DNA of 64,000 nt, from the NCBI GenBank assembly GCA_963842085.1, contig CAWJET010000001.1:544001-608000 (forward strand), read 5' to 3'. This DNA comes from an uncultured delta proteobacterium. Its GTDB lineage: Bacteria > Desulfobacterota > Binatia > Binatales > Binataceae. Positions 1-11,186 of this stretch are shown one piece after another; position 1 is the stretch's first letter, and each line of letters starts with the position of its first letter. The notes below the pieces were generated by a model. The model made no database searches, was not told the DNA's origin, and was given only the letters and a program-made list of their open reading frames with translations. A program made the translations under genes and the position numbers.

Positions 1-41
1 ATCATCGCACGCAGGCCGGGCGATGAAGAAGCCCTGCATCT

Positions 42-254
42 CTAGGGGGCTTCCAAGTCAATCCGGACGCCGTCCTTGAACGACGCAATGATCCGGCCAT
101 AAGCAGCAACGCTGACCCGCTCGACATCGGACACCTTGCTCATGTTCGCCGCGGCCTCTTCGACGTCGCGCCACTTGCGCGGCATAGCACAGAGGGTCAT
201 CTTGCCGGCCTTGGTTCTCACATAAGCCGTGAACATTTTTTGTTTGCTCCGCAA
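42..254 (-). CDS. Small hypothetical protein
   Basis: 70-aa ORF with plausible composition; no motif recognised. Confidence 0.35.
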   Translation of the reverse strand: MRSKQKMFTAYVRTKAGKMTLCAMPRKWRDVEEAAANMSKVSDVERVSVAAYGRIIASFKDGVRIDLEAP

Positions 255-399
255 TGGGCGCTCAAGATGTCAAGCACGACGAAATCAAAGGCGCCGGCGT
301 GCTACGAATCTCGTAACTGCTACTACGGCCGCGATTATCCGCGATGCGAAGTAAAGCAAGTTTTCCTGCACTCCGAGCGGCCGTTTTCATTGGGCTTCG

Positions 400-429
400 T
401 TGACGCGCGAATGCGATGCCTGCTAGCCT
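400..429 (+). promoter_or_regulatory. Putative sigma70 promoter for nuoB
   Basis: TTGACG-18 bp-TAGCCT upstream of the ATG at 475. Confidence 0.35.
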
Positions 430-474
430 TCAACTGTAGCGAACTGACGTATATATCACACTTCGAAGGCATTT

Positions 475-2165
<1,691 letters not shown>

Positions 2166-2266
2166 ATCTTCATACGCCGATTCTCAGATACAAGGGTTTG
2201 ACAAGGGACAGGTGGAGGCTCCGACCATTCGGCGCACCCGTATGAATTTGCTTGGGCGCCGTAGGA

Positions 2267-2701
2267 TCAATCTACGATTTCCTGGAAACGATCGGTAAGG
2301 TGTGGCCTTCGGCCCATCCTCCGATAAGGGATGGTTTTTCTAATAGTGTTAGGACAACCGGTGGACCGGAAATGTGAGAAACGATGGCTCGTTTGCTGCC
2401 AGGTGAGCGATCCCGTTGACTGGCCTTGACCGTTGTCCAGAAACGCACCTAGCGTGACGCTGGCGCCAAGGTCGCGCTGGATATCCATGTGATAGAGAAG
2501 ACCGGTCTGGAGGCCGCCCGTATTAATCGTTGGGGGGCCTAATGCGTTCCCGGTCCAGGTTGCGCCTCCGTCCGTGCTCCTCCACATACCACCGTCATTA
2601 TCCGCGTAAACCACCGTGGGCGTACCTGGAACAAAACCCCAGGGATGGCCCCGTAAGAAGGCCGTCATGCTAGTCTCAAATTGCAAAACCAATGGTTTCA
2701 T
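2267..2701 (-). pseudogene. Fragment of a BNR/Asp-box beta-propeller protein
   Basis: Asp-box GGMWRSTDGGATW; no credible N- or C-terminus. Confidence 0.55.
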
Positions 2702-2778
2702 CAGAAATTCACATGCTGATCGCTGCGCCGAGGGCGGTTCGAGAGGAATCTAATTAAGCAGACACTTGGAATGGAATC

Positions 2779-3264
2779 ATGCACGGGAAGGTGCCGATGA
2801 GCCACAAGAAAATCACGATGGAGGGGCGGAAAAAAATCGCCCTAGTCGCGCACGATAACAAAAAACAGGACCTGTTTGAGTGGGCAAAGTTCAACCGCGA
2901 ATTGCTGGCCCAACATGACCTCTACGCAACTGGAACAACCGGCCAAGTCCTCAAAACTAAGCTGGACTTAGATATCATCAACCTGGAAAGCGGGCCTTTG
3001 GGAGGCGACCAGCAGATTGGTTCCAGGATCGCGCAAGGCGAGATTGATTTTGTCATTTTCTTCTGGGACCCACTGGAACCTCAGCCACACGATCCGGACG
3101 TCAAGGCGTTGCTACGTATTGCAGTGGTCTGGAACATTCCGGTTGCGTGCAACCGGGCTTCGGCGGACTCTATGATCTCCTCTCCACTGATGTCGGGCAA
3201 ATACCAGCGACTCGTCCCCGATTACTCGAAATACAGGGCTCGACCGAGCAGCAGCGCGGGCTAA
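2779..3264 (+). CDS. mgsA: Methylglyoxal synthase
   Basis: [36 protein letters not shown]. Confidence 0.95.
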   Translation: MHGKVPMSHKKITMEGRKKIALVAHDNKKQDLFEWAKFNRELLAQHDLYATGTTGQVLKTKLDLDIINLESGPLGGDQQIGSRIAQGEIDFVIFFWDPLEPQPHDPDVKALLRIAVVWNIPVACNRASADSMISSPLMSGKYQRLVPDYSKYRARPSSSAG

Positions 3265-3484
3265 GTCAAACGAGCCACCAGCGGCCTTGGACGACTTGAG
3301 TTCGTTGGACGGAAGTCTCGCAACCCAGCTGTGTTCTCGCGACACCGAAATTCAAGGCTAACGACCGAACTCGTACCGAACTGAAGGCGAACTCACTCTC
3401 TGGAGGATATTAGCTGATCTCGACAGGAAATTTCTCAAACAATCGCCGAGGTTTTCCTTCGGAAGGACTTCTCGCGACACCGAA

Positions 3485-3538
3485 GGTTCGAATCTCCCCC
3501 GCTCCCCCAGCCAGTCACCGCTAAACGCGTTGTCTCCG
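3485..3538 (+). repeat. tRNA-3'-end-like att scar, copy 1
   Basis: GGTTCGAATC...CTCCCCCA followed by GCCAGTC and AAACGCGTTGTCTCCG. Confidence 0.6.
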
Positions 3539-3615
3539 CGTAGGGTTCCAAAAGCAGGAATTCATGCCGGCGCGAGTCTCGCCAGTCCTTGGTCGACTAA
3601 TTGACGAGCGCCTGC

Positions 3616-3942
3616 TCAGGAAGCTTTTGCCTTCCTTTCCGCCCAACGCTTTTTCATCGCTCCGGACAGCCTCTTCCTGCCTGCGGGTGTGAGTCGCCCA
3701 CGTCTCTTTGGCGCGGCAGCCTTTGCCGACAATTTTTTTGCCCGCCGCTGCGCCCAACGTCTTTTCATCGCCAGTGACAATCGGCGTCGTCCTGCCGGGG
3801 TGATGCCACCTTGTCTCTTAGGCGCAGCTTTTCGAGTGGCGCCTTTGCCACTCACACCCGCGCTTCCGATTAGGGCAGCAATTGCCCGCCCTATCTTCTC
3901 TGTTTCGCTCTTCAATTCCGCGATGATTGTATTTAGGTCCAA
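3616..3942 (-). CDS. Small basic protein: coiled coil plus two TPAGRxRLSxAMKxRWA repeats (histone-like DNA-binding candidate)
   Basis: TTG start with AAGGAG RBS; Lys/Arg-rich; paralog at 9915. Confidence 0.7.
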   Translation of the reverse strand: MDLNTIIAELKSETEKIGRAIAALIGSAGVSGKGATRKAAPKRQGGITPAGRRRLSLAMKRRWAQRRAKKLSAKAAAPKRRGRLTPAGRKRLSGAMKKRWAERKAKAS

Positions 3943-4360
3943 TATGGGCTCTCCTTGACTGAGCAGTTGAGACAGTATCGTGTCGGCACGAAGGAACTTC
4001 AATAGCTTAGGCCGTCGCTCAAACGCGCAGCGAAACGGATGCGCCTCGCGAGGAGCAAATGGTGGCGCGAGGTGCACCCAGTCACAGCGAAACGCGCTAT
4101 CTCCGGATGGGTAAATCGCTACTTCTGACGCACTTCTTGTGACGCACCAATTTCCCGCCAATCATAAGTAGAGTTGGTCGCGTTTTGATCCGGCGCGTGG
4201 AAAATTCGTTCAGCCAGAGAGATCAAAGCGGCCGGGATCGACCTGGATCTGAATCGGGCAATCTGAGGTGCCGCGTACTCTTAGTTCTACGCCTGGTCGC
4301 AAGAAGGACTGCTGTTTCTGAAAGTGATGTGTCGATTATTGCAAAAGTTCTCGCGATGTC

Positions 4361-5557
4361 GTGAACTCTCAGGATTTCGGAATGCTCCGGCGAAGCGAAA
4401 AGTCTCTTCTAAGAATGTTCTCTCTTGTGCGGCAACTTCATGACCATCCCGAAGAATACAAACTCGCGCTCGCGATCCAAGAGGAATTGATAGTCCGGAA
4501 GTCGAACGTAGAGAGACGGATCCGCGTGCTTCGGCAGTGTCGCCGTGCTTCGAGTTTCGAACTTTCGAAGCGACATTCAGACCGCGGTCGAGCTAACGAG
4601 CTAAAGTCAGCGATTGCGCGAATCGATGATCGAATTGAGGAGGCTCGGCTACTTGACTCGGTCTATCTCGACATCGGCGATGCCGTCGCCTTTACTTACA
4701 TCGATCCTTGGGACATCAAACCGCTCGCGTTTCGTGAACGCGCTGGTTTCATTAGCGGAAAGAAGGGGGCACGCTTGGAGCGTAAGGTCCTGCGCGAAGT
4801 CTACAGGGTCGGCGGGATCGCTATCTTGAATGATCTTACGCATTCTCTTCGTTATGCCGATTTAACCGTGATTCGCAAGCCAAAGACCGATTTCTTGTTA
4901 CTGGAGCTTAAATCAGGACGCGGAGGCAGTCGGGTACGTGCACACCGGCAATTGAAAGCGGCCGAACGGGTGACGAACTATCTCAAAACGGACAAGGTCC
5001 AAGATCTTTACGCCCCAGGACAAGAAATGCTTCGCTATTCTGTTCATTCCGCACCTGTCTACAATGCGGATGCGATTAACCGCATGTTGGCAAAAACAAC
5101 GATGGACTCCTTGGTGCGCGAAGAAGTGGAGGCGGGCCTACATTACATTGCAATCGAGGGTGATTGGTCAGAGGATACCGATACGATTCTAGGACCCTAC
5201 TCAGCAAAGCACCTTGTGATGTTGGTCAATGATTTCAAAGGCTCGAAGGTAGGATACCGTCCATTCCTGTTGAACCTGGAGGACCCCAACAAAATGCTCC
5301 AATTCTACCAGGGTAGCATAGTAATCATCGTCATCATTGATACCGAATCGGTCAAGGAACGGCTCAGGCAGCGTGGACTGGATCTCCATCTCACCGGCAA
5401 CGATGAGTGGCCTTGGGAGATTAGTTGTCCCCCAGACGAAAATAGATCGAGATTTTCATGGCACTTCATAAGTCGTGTCGGCGCCGAGTTCTTGAGCCTT
5501 AGTTGGTTGGTCGACGAACTCTCTCAGCCTATCGACCCGATGAAATTGCCCAGTTAA
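4361..5557 (+). CDS. Hypothetical protein with coiled coil and PD-(D/E)XK-like nuclease motif
   Basis: ADL...LLELKSG motif; 398-aa ORF of lower GC than its flanks. Confidence 0.6.
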   Translation: MNSQDFGMLRRSEKSLLRMFSLVRQLHDHPEEYKLALAIQEELIVRKSNVERRIRVLRQCRRASSFELSKRHSDRGRANELKSAIARIDDRIEEARLLDSVYLDIGDAVAFTYIDPWDIKPLAFRERAGFISGKKGARLERKVLREVYRVGGIAILNDLTHSLRYADLTVIRKPKTDFLLLELKSGRGGSRVRAHRQLKAAERVTNYLKTDKVQDLYAPGQEMLRYSVHSAPVYNADAINRMLAKTTMDSLVREEVEAGLHYIAIEGDWSEDTDTILGPYSAKHLVMLVNDFKGSKVGYRPFLLNLEDPNKMLQFYQGSIVIIVIIDTESVKERLRQRGLDLHLTGNDEWPWEISCPPDENRSRFSWHFISRVGAEFLSLSWLVDELSQPIDPMKLPS

Positions 5558-5832
5558 AAGACAAACAGCGTAGAGAAAGGCGAATGTGGTCGAGAAGACG
5601 TCAAGGGCCGAATAATGGCTCGACCGTCGCAACCTGCGCAGCCACCAATCGCTTGAACATTAGTCGAGGCCGTACCGGCGGCGACCGCCGGTAAGCCCTT
5701 CGATTTCGTCAGGATCGAAAACATTGGTCACAGGCAATACAGGTGCGCTGGCGCCAAGCGACGCGCTCACCTTTGTTACTATCGTCGCCGTCCGCTGCCT
5801 GAGCATTTGAGAGGAGCGACTTCCTGGCTGTC

Positions 5833-6455
5833 TCACCAGCATCCCTTGATCCGTGAAAAACGACCACCAGTGGTGACACGCGGCAGGTCGTCCCATTCAA
5901 CGCTGCCGGGTTTGGGTAATGGGATGTACCTAAATGGCTCCGGTGCGGTGATGTAGTTGAACGCTCCGCAGGCGGCATCTACCTGATCATCATGTGCGTA
6001 CTCCCGCTCATTGGGGCTAAATTGCTCGCATTCTTCCAGGAACGCTTCGTTCCAAGCGCTGCGCAGCAGTTTCAGGTTGCCGGCCTCGGCAGCCGCTCGG
6101 AATGGTTGTGACCGTTCGAACTTGGTACCCCTGACTTGATCGGCATAAACCGGATACCCCAGTAGCAACCCCCGTCGCATAGCGTCGATCCATAGCGCGC
6201 TACCGCTCCCGGGCTCCTGTTGCAAGACAACGCGTATGTTACGGCTGTCTTGACCTGCGATATTCGCAATGAAGCTTTCGACTTCATGAGGGGTGCCCTG
6301 CATGCGCGCCACATGGAGGATATAGCCGACCCCATTGCGTGCGATGCCGTATTTGACGCCTGCAGTAAAGTCGCTGGTCTTAGTCTTTTGGTAGGCGGTG
6401 TCCCAATAACGTATGATCTCCAGTTCGGCGGGTGGCGCATCCACGATCTGGAACC
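5833..6455 (-). pseudogene. Phage terminase large subunit, C-terminal nuclease fragment truncated at the IS1111 end
   Basis: RYWDTA...SDFTAG, QEPGSG, HDDQVDA motifs; ATPase half missing. Confidence 0.85.
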
Positions 6456-6547
6456 TGATGGGATGGACCGCTCCCTACTGATAACGGCCTCAATGGGCCA
6501 AGGTGGTACGTTCGACCACCAACAATCGAAGCAGGGAGGGTCCGAAG

Positions 6548-7588
6548 ATGCAGGTTACTACGGTCGGGATCGATCTGGCAAAGAACGTGTTCTGTCTTCA
6601 CGGTTGCGATGCACAGGGCAGGCCGGTGTTGCGCAAGCAACTCGCGCGGCGGCAGCTGCTGAGCTTCGTCGCCATTCTGCCGCGGTGCCTGGTGGCGATG
6701 GAGGCATGTGCGAGCGCGCACTACTGGGCGCGCGAGATTGAGAAGCTCGGTCACCAGGTGCGGCTCATCAGTCCCAGGTTCGTAAAGCCTTACGTCAAAG
6801 CCAACAAGAACGACGCCAGCGACGCCGAGGCGATCTGCGAGGCGGCGAGCCGGCCGTCGATGCGCTTCGTCGCCGTCAAGAGTACCGCGCAGCAGGAGGT
6901 GCAGGCGGTCCATCGGGTGCGCCAACAGCTGGTGAAAACCCGAACTGCCCTGGTCAACCAGGCGCGCGGACTGCTGGAATTCGGCATCGTGGTCGCGCAG
7001 GGAGTTGGGCGCCTGCGCCGCGCCTTACCTACCATCCTCGAGGATCGGGAAAACGGACTCAGCGGAGTGATGCGCGAGCTGCTCGGAGAGATCGGCGAAC
7101 GTCTGAGGTTCATCGATGATCGCCTGCACAAGTATGACCTGACCATCCAGCGGCTCTTCCGCCAGGATGAACGCTGCCAGCGAGTGGCCGCAGTTGAAGG
7201 CGTGGGTCCGCTGACCGCCACCGCCCTGGTCGCTGCGGTGGGCAACGCCACCGACTTCAGAAGCGGGCGCGAACTAGCGGCCTATCTCGGACTGGTTCCG
7301 CGCCATCGCGCCAGCGGCGGGCGCACGGTGCTGCTCGGGATCAGCAAGCGTGGCGATCGTTACCTGCGCACGCTGCTGATTCACGGTGCGCGCTCGGCCC
7401 TGCTCCGGATCGAGCGGCAACGCAGTGCGCGCGCCATCTGGGCCGCGCGGCTCAAGCTTCGCCGTGGATCTAATGTGGCGGCGGTTGCGTTGGCGAACAA
7501 GAATGCGCGAGTGCTGTGGGCGCTGCTCAACCGACACCAGAGCTATCAACCAGCGCCGTTTCCCGCCCGCGTCCCCCAAAGTGGTTGA
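6548..7588 (+). CDS. IS110 family (IS1111 group) recombinase/transposase
   Basis: GIDLAK, MEAC, KNDASDA, GLVPRHRASGG. Confidence 0.95.
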   Translation: MQVTTVGIDLAKNVFCLHGCDAQGRPVLRKQLARRQLLSFVAILPRCLVAMEACASAHYWAREIEKLGHQVRLISPRFVKPYVKANKNDASDAEAICEAASRPSMRFVAVKSTAQQEVQAVHRVRQQLVKTRTALVNQARGLLEFGIVVAQGVGRLRRALPTILEDRENGLSGVMRELLGEIGERLRFIDDRLHKYDLTIQRLFRQDERCQRVAAVEGVGPLTATALVAAVGNATDFRSGRELAAYLGLVPRHRASGGRTVLLGISKRGDRYLRTLLIHGARSALLRIERQRSARAIWAARLKLRRGSNVAAVALANKNARVLWALLNRHQSYQPAPFPARVPQSG

Positions 7589-7624
7589 GGGAACGGCGGG
7601 CGGAAAATGGCTTTACCAGCCCTG

Positions 7625-7815
7625 AGATTGTGCAGGCTGTAGCGGAGAGCATGATGGCGAACCGGTCGGAACCGGCACCTTCTCGAACCTGGCCACACAC
7701 AAGGCCTTCGAGGCCGTGAACCTGATCAGGCGAAGGTGCGCGAACTTCCATCTGGGCCCGGGGCACAAAATGACGCCCCACTCAACGAGGCCGAATATAT
7801 GACTGCAACCGGATC
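7625..7815 (+). ncRNA. Putative bridge/seek RNA downstream of the IS1111 recombinase
   Basis: Target loop carries GCCACACACA (7692-7701) and GAACCTG (7718-7724); donor loop carries TTCCATC (7746-7752) and ATATATGA (7795-7802); boundaries approximate. Confidence 0.8.
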
Positions 7816-7866
7816 ATCGCTCATCAAACTCCACAAACAGTCTTGCGCCCGGGAGCGGTCCATATA

Positions 7867-7919
7867 TGTGTGTGGCGAATTGCTGATTCTGGGGAAATCA
7901 GTAATTCGCCACACACACG
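7867..7919. repeat. Long DNA hairpin, copy 1 (IS1111 target)
   Basis: TGTGTGTGGCGAATTGCTGATT-7 nt loop-AATCAGTAATTCGCCACACACA; 7873-7919 is the exact reverse complement of 10544-10590. Confidence 0.9.
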
Positions 7920-8113
7920 GGGCCGGCCGTCATGTTCGGCAGATCGAATTGTGCACGAAGCATGGCAACGTCGTTATCGCGCGCGCGCGGCCTTGAGATT
8001 TCCGATCGGCGGTTCAGATAAGGAACGGGCCAGCGAGGGAGGGGGGCCATTTCGCCGGCCCGCTGCCGACTGGTGAAAGGAAGGAGGCAAACACTAGCCA
8101 GCGATCTCCTGAC

Positions 8114-8136
8114 TACTAAATTGCCGCGCGAGCGTC
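8114..8136 (+). repeat. 23-bp direct repeat, copy 1
   Basis: TACTAAATTGCCGCGCGAGCGTC, identical at 13815-13837. Confidence 0.8.
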
Positions 8137-8411
8137 CAACGTCGGTGATACTCAGCCCCGAATTAAGACAGTACCGGTGGCCTGATGGCTTGGTGGCCTT
8201 GTTCTTCTCGCGCTCGAGCTTGCGCAGTTCCAGCTTGCGGTCGCGCTTCAGCCGGCGGAGTTCCTCGGCCCGGTCGTGCAGCCGATCCACGGTTTCTGCT
8301 TGCTTAGAGAAGGCGCGCCGAATCGAGCTTTTAGCGCAGCATCGCTCACGATCGCCGCGCGCGGATGCCGGCCCCCGCCCACGGTGGTGTACCCTAATAA
8401 ATCGATCGCGC

Positions 8412-8899
8412 TCAGTGGGCCAAGCGCTTTAGTGACAGTCGATGAAGCGGTAAATCGCCGGGCGTTCGAGAACAGTAACTCTTCAGACCCGACGGCATCG
8501 CGAGCATCGCCTGCATCGCTTGGTACGGAATCGGTGCGATCGAATCTCTGATCGCTGGACCGATCGAGCGCAAAGGCCGGAGCGCCTTCTCGCCCGCTGC
8601 GAGATCTCCCGACCAGCATGCGGTGATGCAGAAGGCGGGCGCGCCTGCAAGAAGGCCCGCGGTCGCGATCACGGTAAGTTCGTCCGGCATCGAAGAGTCC
8701 TTGCGACGTCCTCGGCGCAGGTGCACCGGGCAATCAGCGCTGGCAGTTTGTCGAAGCATCCGTTCCAGAGCTTGCGCGCGTCATCATAGTCGTGCTCACC
8801 AGGTCGCACGATGGTTCCCCGCAAATGAGACTTGAACTTGCCAATCGCAGATTCGTCGACGGCTTTGCCGTTGGTGGATATCACTGCTTGATTGTTCAT
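8412..8899 (-). pseudogene. FAD-binding oxidoreductase (BBE-like) remnant with internal deletion
   Basis: N-terminus YDDARKLWNG..PALIARC..EDV joined out of frame to a mid-protein segment PDELT...GEKALRPLR. Confidence 0.7.
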
Positions 8900-9013
8900 T
8901 TGGTGTTCCTGCACCGACCATTTGCCGCATCTTACTAAACTACCCGCTGGCGAGCTCAAAAGTTACTTCGCCACGGTCATCGAGTTCGCCATTCCTATCT
9001 CGCTTCAAGATCG

Positions 9014-9538
9014 CTAGAGCGCGGGCGCGGGGGTCCCGGGCGCCGACGCGAAGCCTGCCGGCAGGTCTTTTTCCGGAGTGATCCGAATCGCTATCCGGTC
9101 TCCGCTCGCAAAACTCGCGCGGCTCGGCCCGACCACGGAGTTCATCATGCCATATTTCTTCGGATAGTCGGTCAGGATCTTGTCCACCACAGCGGCATCG
9201 TTCGTGATCTCTGCCTTGCCGATAAAGCAGGGACCGTTGAGCCCGCCGATCCACACGATCACCGGGCTACCGCGTCTGATGCGCTTGTCCTTCCACGAGC
9301 CCTTATGCGCCTGGATGAAAAGCAGTGCGCGGTTGGCGCTCAGGGTGAACCACACGGGCGCCGGCGTGCTCTGATTGCCGTCCTTGCGCACGGTTGCGAT
9401 ATAAACGAGCGTGGCCTGGTCGAAGGCCTTCAGCTCAGGATCGGAGAACCCCGCGCAGCCCGCCGGTCCCGCGGTCATAATCGAGATGGTTAGCGCCGTC
9501 GCGACGGCGAGAATCGAAAGTGTCGCGAATCTTTTCAT
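9014..9538 (-). CDS. Secreted PNPOx-like/DUF2255-like split-barrel protein
   Basis: Signal peptide; IATVRKDG..PAPVWF, YPKKYG. Confidence 0.7.
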   Translation of the reverse strand: MKRFATLSILAVATALTISIMTAGPAGCAGFSDPELKAFDQATLVYIATVRKDGNQSTPAPVWFTLSANRALLFIQAHKGSWKDKRIRRGSPVIVWIGGLNGPCFIGKAEITNDAAVVDKILTDYPKKYGMMNSVVGPSRASFASGDRIAIRITPEKDLPAGFASAPGTPAPAL

Positions 9539-9914
9539 TGTTCGCCTCCGTTCCGAGCGCTGTTTATGTTCCATCATGGCGCGTTCGCCAACATCATGGC
9601 TGGGTCTCGCGGCAGGGGCCAGTCCCGAAATCACACGTGGATTATCACAATTGGCGCGCGATGGCTCAGTCTGCAGCATCACCGTGGTGAACACATCGAG
9701 CCCGAGCGCACGAACCATTCTGAAAGGAGCGATCGGAACGACCGGATGGGCGGCGACGATCGCTCGGTTTTGAGGAGCTGCTACGACCTAATTCTGCGGA
9801 GTCAATGGTTGGTATTTTCTAGCGCGAATGGCTATTGAGAGAGGTTGGGCGCGAGTCTGAGCGGTTACTCAAAGGATCAGCTAGGTAAGGCCGGCGAGCC
9901 AAAAGGAGCGAATC

Positions 9915-10151
9915 TTGGATTTGCAGAAAATAGTGGCAGACTTGAAGAAGGAGCGAGACCGACTGATTCGTGCCATTGCGGCGCTCGTGGGATCAGCCTC
10001 GCAACGGGGTGCTAAGAAGGAGCGTGCCAGAGCTCCTCAGCGCGCAGGAGTGAAAAAGAAGAAGCGCGGAGGTCTCACCCCGGAGGGCAGAAGGCGGTTG
10101 TCGCTAGCGATGAAGAAGCGCTGGGCAGAGCGCAGAAAGAAGGGTTCGTAG
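9915..10151 (+). CDS. Small basic protein, paralog of 3616-3942
   Basis: TTG start with AAGGAG RBS; DLxxIxAxLKxE..RAIAAL and LTPEGRRRLSLAMKKRWAER. Confidence 0.7.
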   Translation: MDLQKIVADLKKERDRLIRAIAALVGSASQRGAKKERARAPQRAGVKKKKRGGLTPEGRRRLSLAMKKRWAERRKKGS

Positions 10152-10261
10152 AAGACTGCCGCATCGACGCTGCGATGACGGACCGAGATAAAGCATTCGC
10201 CATCGAGGGATGCGTTAGGACTTCCGCTCGCGCTGAGAGAGCGGACACTCCAGTCAGGCCG

Positions 10262-10545
10262 CTAGCGCGGCGTGAGCAGCACCACGGGGATGTCGCGTTT
10301 CGTTCCGGCCTGGTAGTTGTCATAGTCGGGCCACTGGGCTGTCATGATCGGCCACACGCGCTTCTTTTCTTCGGCCGTCGCAGTCCGCGCCCGGACCGGA
10401 ATCACTTTGTCCCACACCTGGATCTCCACATCGGGGTGGGCGAGCAGGTTTTTGTACCACCCAGGATGGTCGGGCGCGCCACCTTTCGAAGCGACAACCA
10501 GATAGTTGTTGCCGTCGCGCCCGTAAATCAGCGGGAATTTTTTCG
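10262..10545 (-). pseudogene. Deazaflavin-dependent nitroreductase (Ddn-like), 5'-truncated
   Basis: Hand translation: KKFPLIYGRDGNNYLVVASKGGAPDHPGWYKNL...YQAGTKRDIPVVLLTPR*; cut at hairpin copy 2. Confidence 0.85.
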
Positions 10546-10590
10546 TGTGTGTGGCGAATTACTGATTTCCCCAGAATCAGCAATTCGCCA
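10544..10590. repeat. Long DNA hairpin, copy 2
   Basis: 47 bp, reverse complement of 7873-7919. Confidence 0.9.
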
Positions 10591-10671
10591 GAGTCACCCC
10601 AACTGCAAAGGCTCCCCAAAGCATAAGTTGGCTTACAATAGAACCATGTTACCAAAAATGCATGCCAGCCC

Positions 10672-10757
10672 GTCAACCACCGCGTTGTCAACCACCCTAT
10701 AGCGTCAACCGGTTGACGGTTGACGGAGAGCAGTTCGCATTAGACTGGCTCATCCAG
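10672..10757 (+). repeat. GTCAACC repeat array plus att-like core
   Basis: GTCAACC at 10672, 10687, 10704; inverted at 10711, 10718; then GAGA-G-CAGTTCG-N4-AGACTG-N3-CATCC. Confidence 0.65.
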
Positions 10758-10956
10758 CGGACGGTCAGAGATTTTTCGGGGCCTCTCCGGATGAATGATC
10801 GCCTTGGCACGAAGCTCGATCGCAGCGCCCGCCGTGACGAAAGTTCCATCTATGCCTGACGCACAAAGGGGTCGCCATTATCGACGTTAGGCGTGCCCGA
10901 GATGTATCGTGAATGGAAGCCGAGACGGCAGCGGCCCTTATGGCCCTGATCGAAAC

Positions 10957-11125
10957 ATGGGCACCAAGGTTTCGTCGGTCCTGAAGCGCAAAGGTCATGA
11001 TGTTGTCACCGTCACGCCGCGCCAGACAATCGCGTCGGTGGTCGAAGTGCTCACCCAAAATCGGGTCGGAGCCGCGCCGGTGGTGAACGAGGAAGGTCAA
11101 CTCATAGGGATCATCTCCGACAGAT
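10957..11125 (+). pseudogene. CBS-domain protein N-terminal fragment
   Basis: VSSVLKRKGHDVVTV...VGAAPVV...LIGIISDR, then unrelated sequence. Confidence 0.7.
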
Positions 11126-11186
11126 CGGGCTATCTCGGCTGCAAGAATTTCTGTGTTCATGATCGCGGGTCTCGTCGAAGTACCGC

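Larger units (their letters stand above)
6456..7866 (+). mobile_element. IS1111-group element (IS110 family)
   Basis: Perfect 13-bp sub-terminal IRs ATGGACCGCTCCC (6463-6475) / GGGAGCGGTCCAT (7851-7863), inset 7 bp and 3 bp; TG core on both sides. Confidence 0.93.

Noticed and set aside
3474-3517. Possible extra tRNA genes here and at 18896 and 27344
   Set aside because: Only a T-loop/3'-end-like segment; no D-arm, anticodon arm or paired acceptor stem
6452-6455. GAAC flank as IS91 target
   Set aside because: No HUH/Y2 transposase or oriIS consensus; the bridge-RNA guide explains the flank
7867-7919. Hairpin as integron attC site or group II intron 5' end (GTGTG)
   Set aside because: No RYYYAAC/GTTRRRY boxes, no IntI, no reverse transcriptase or domain V seen
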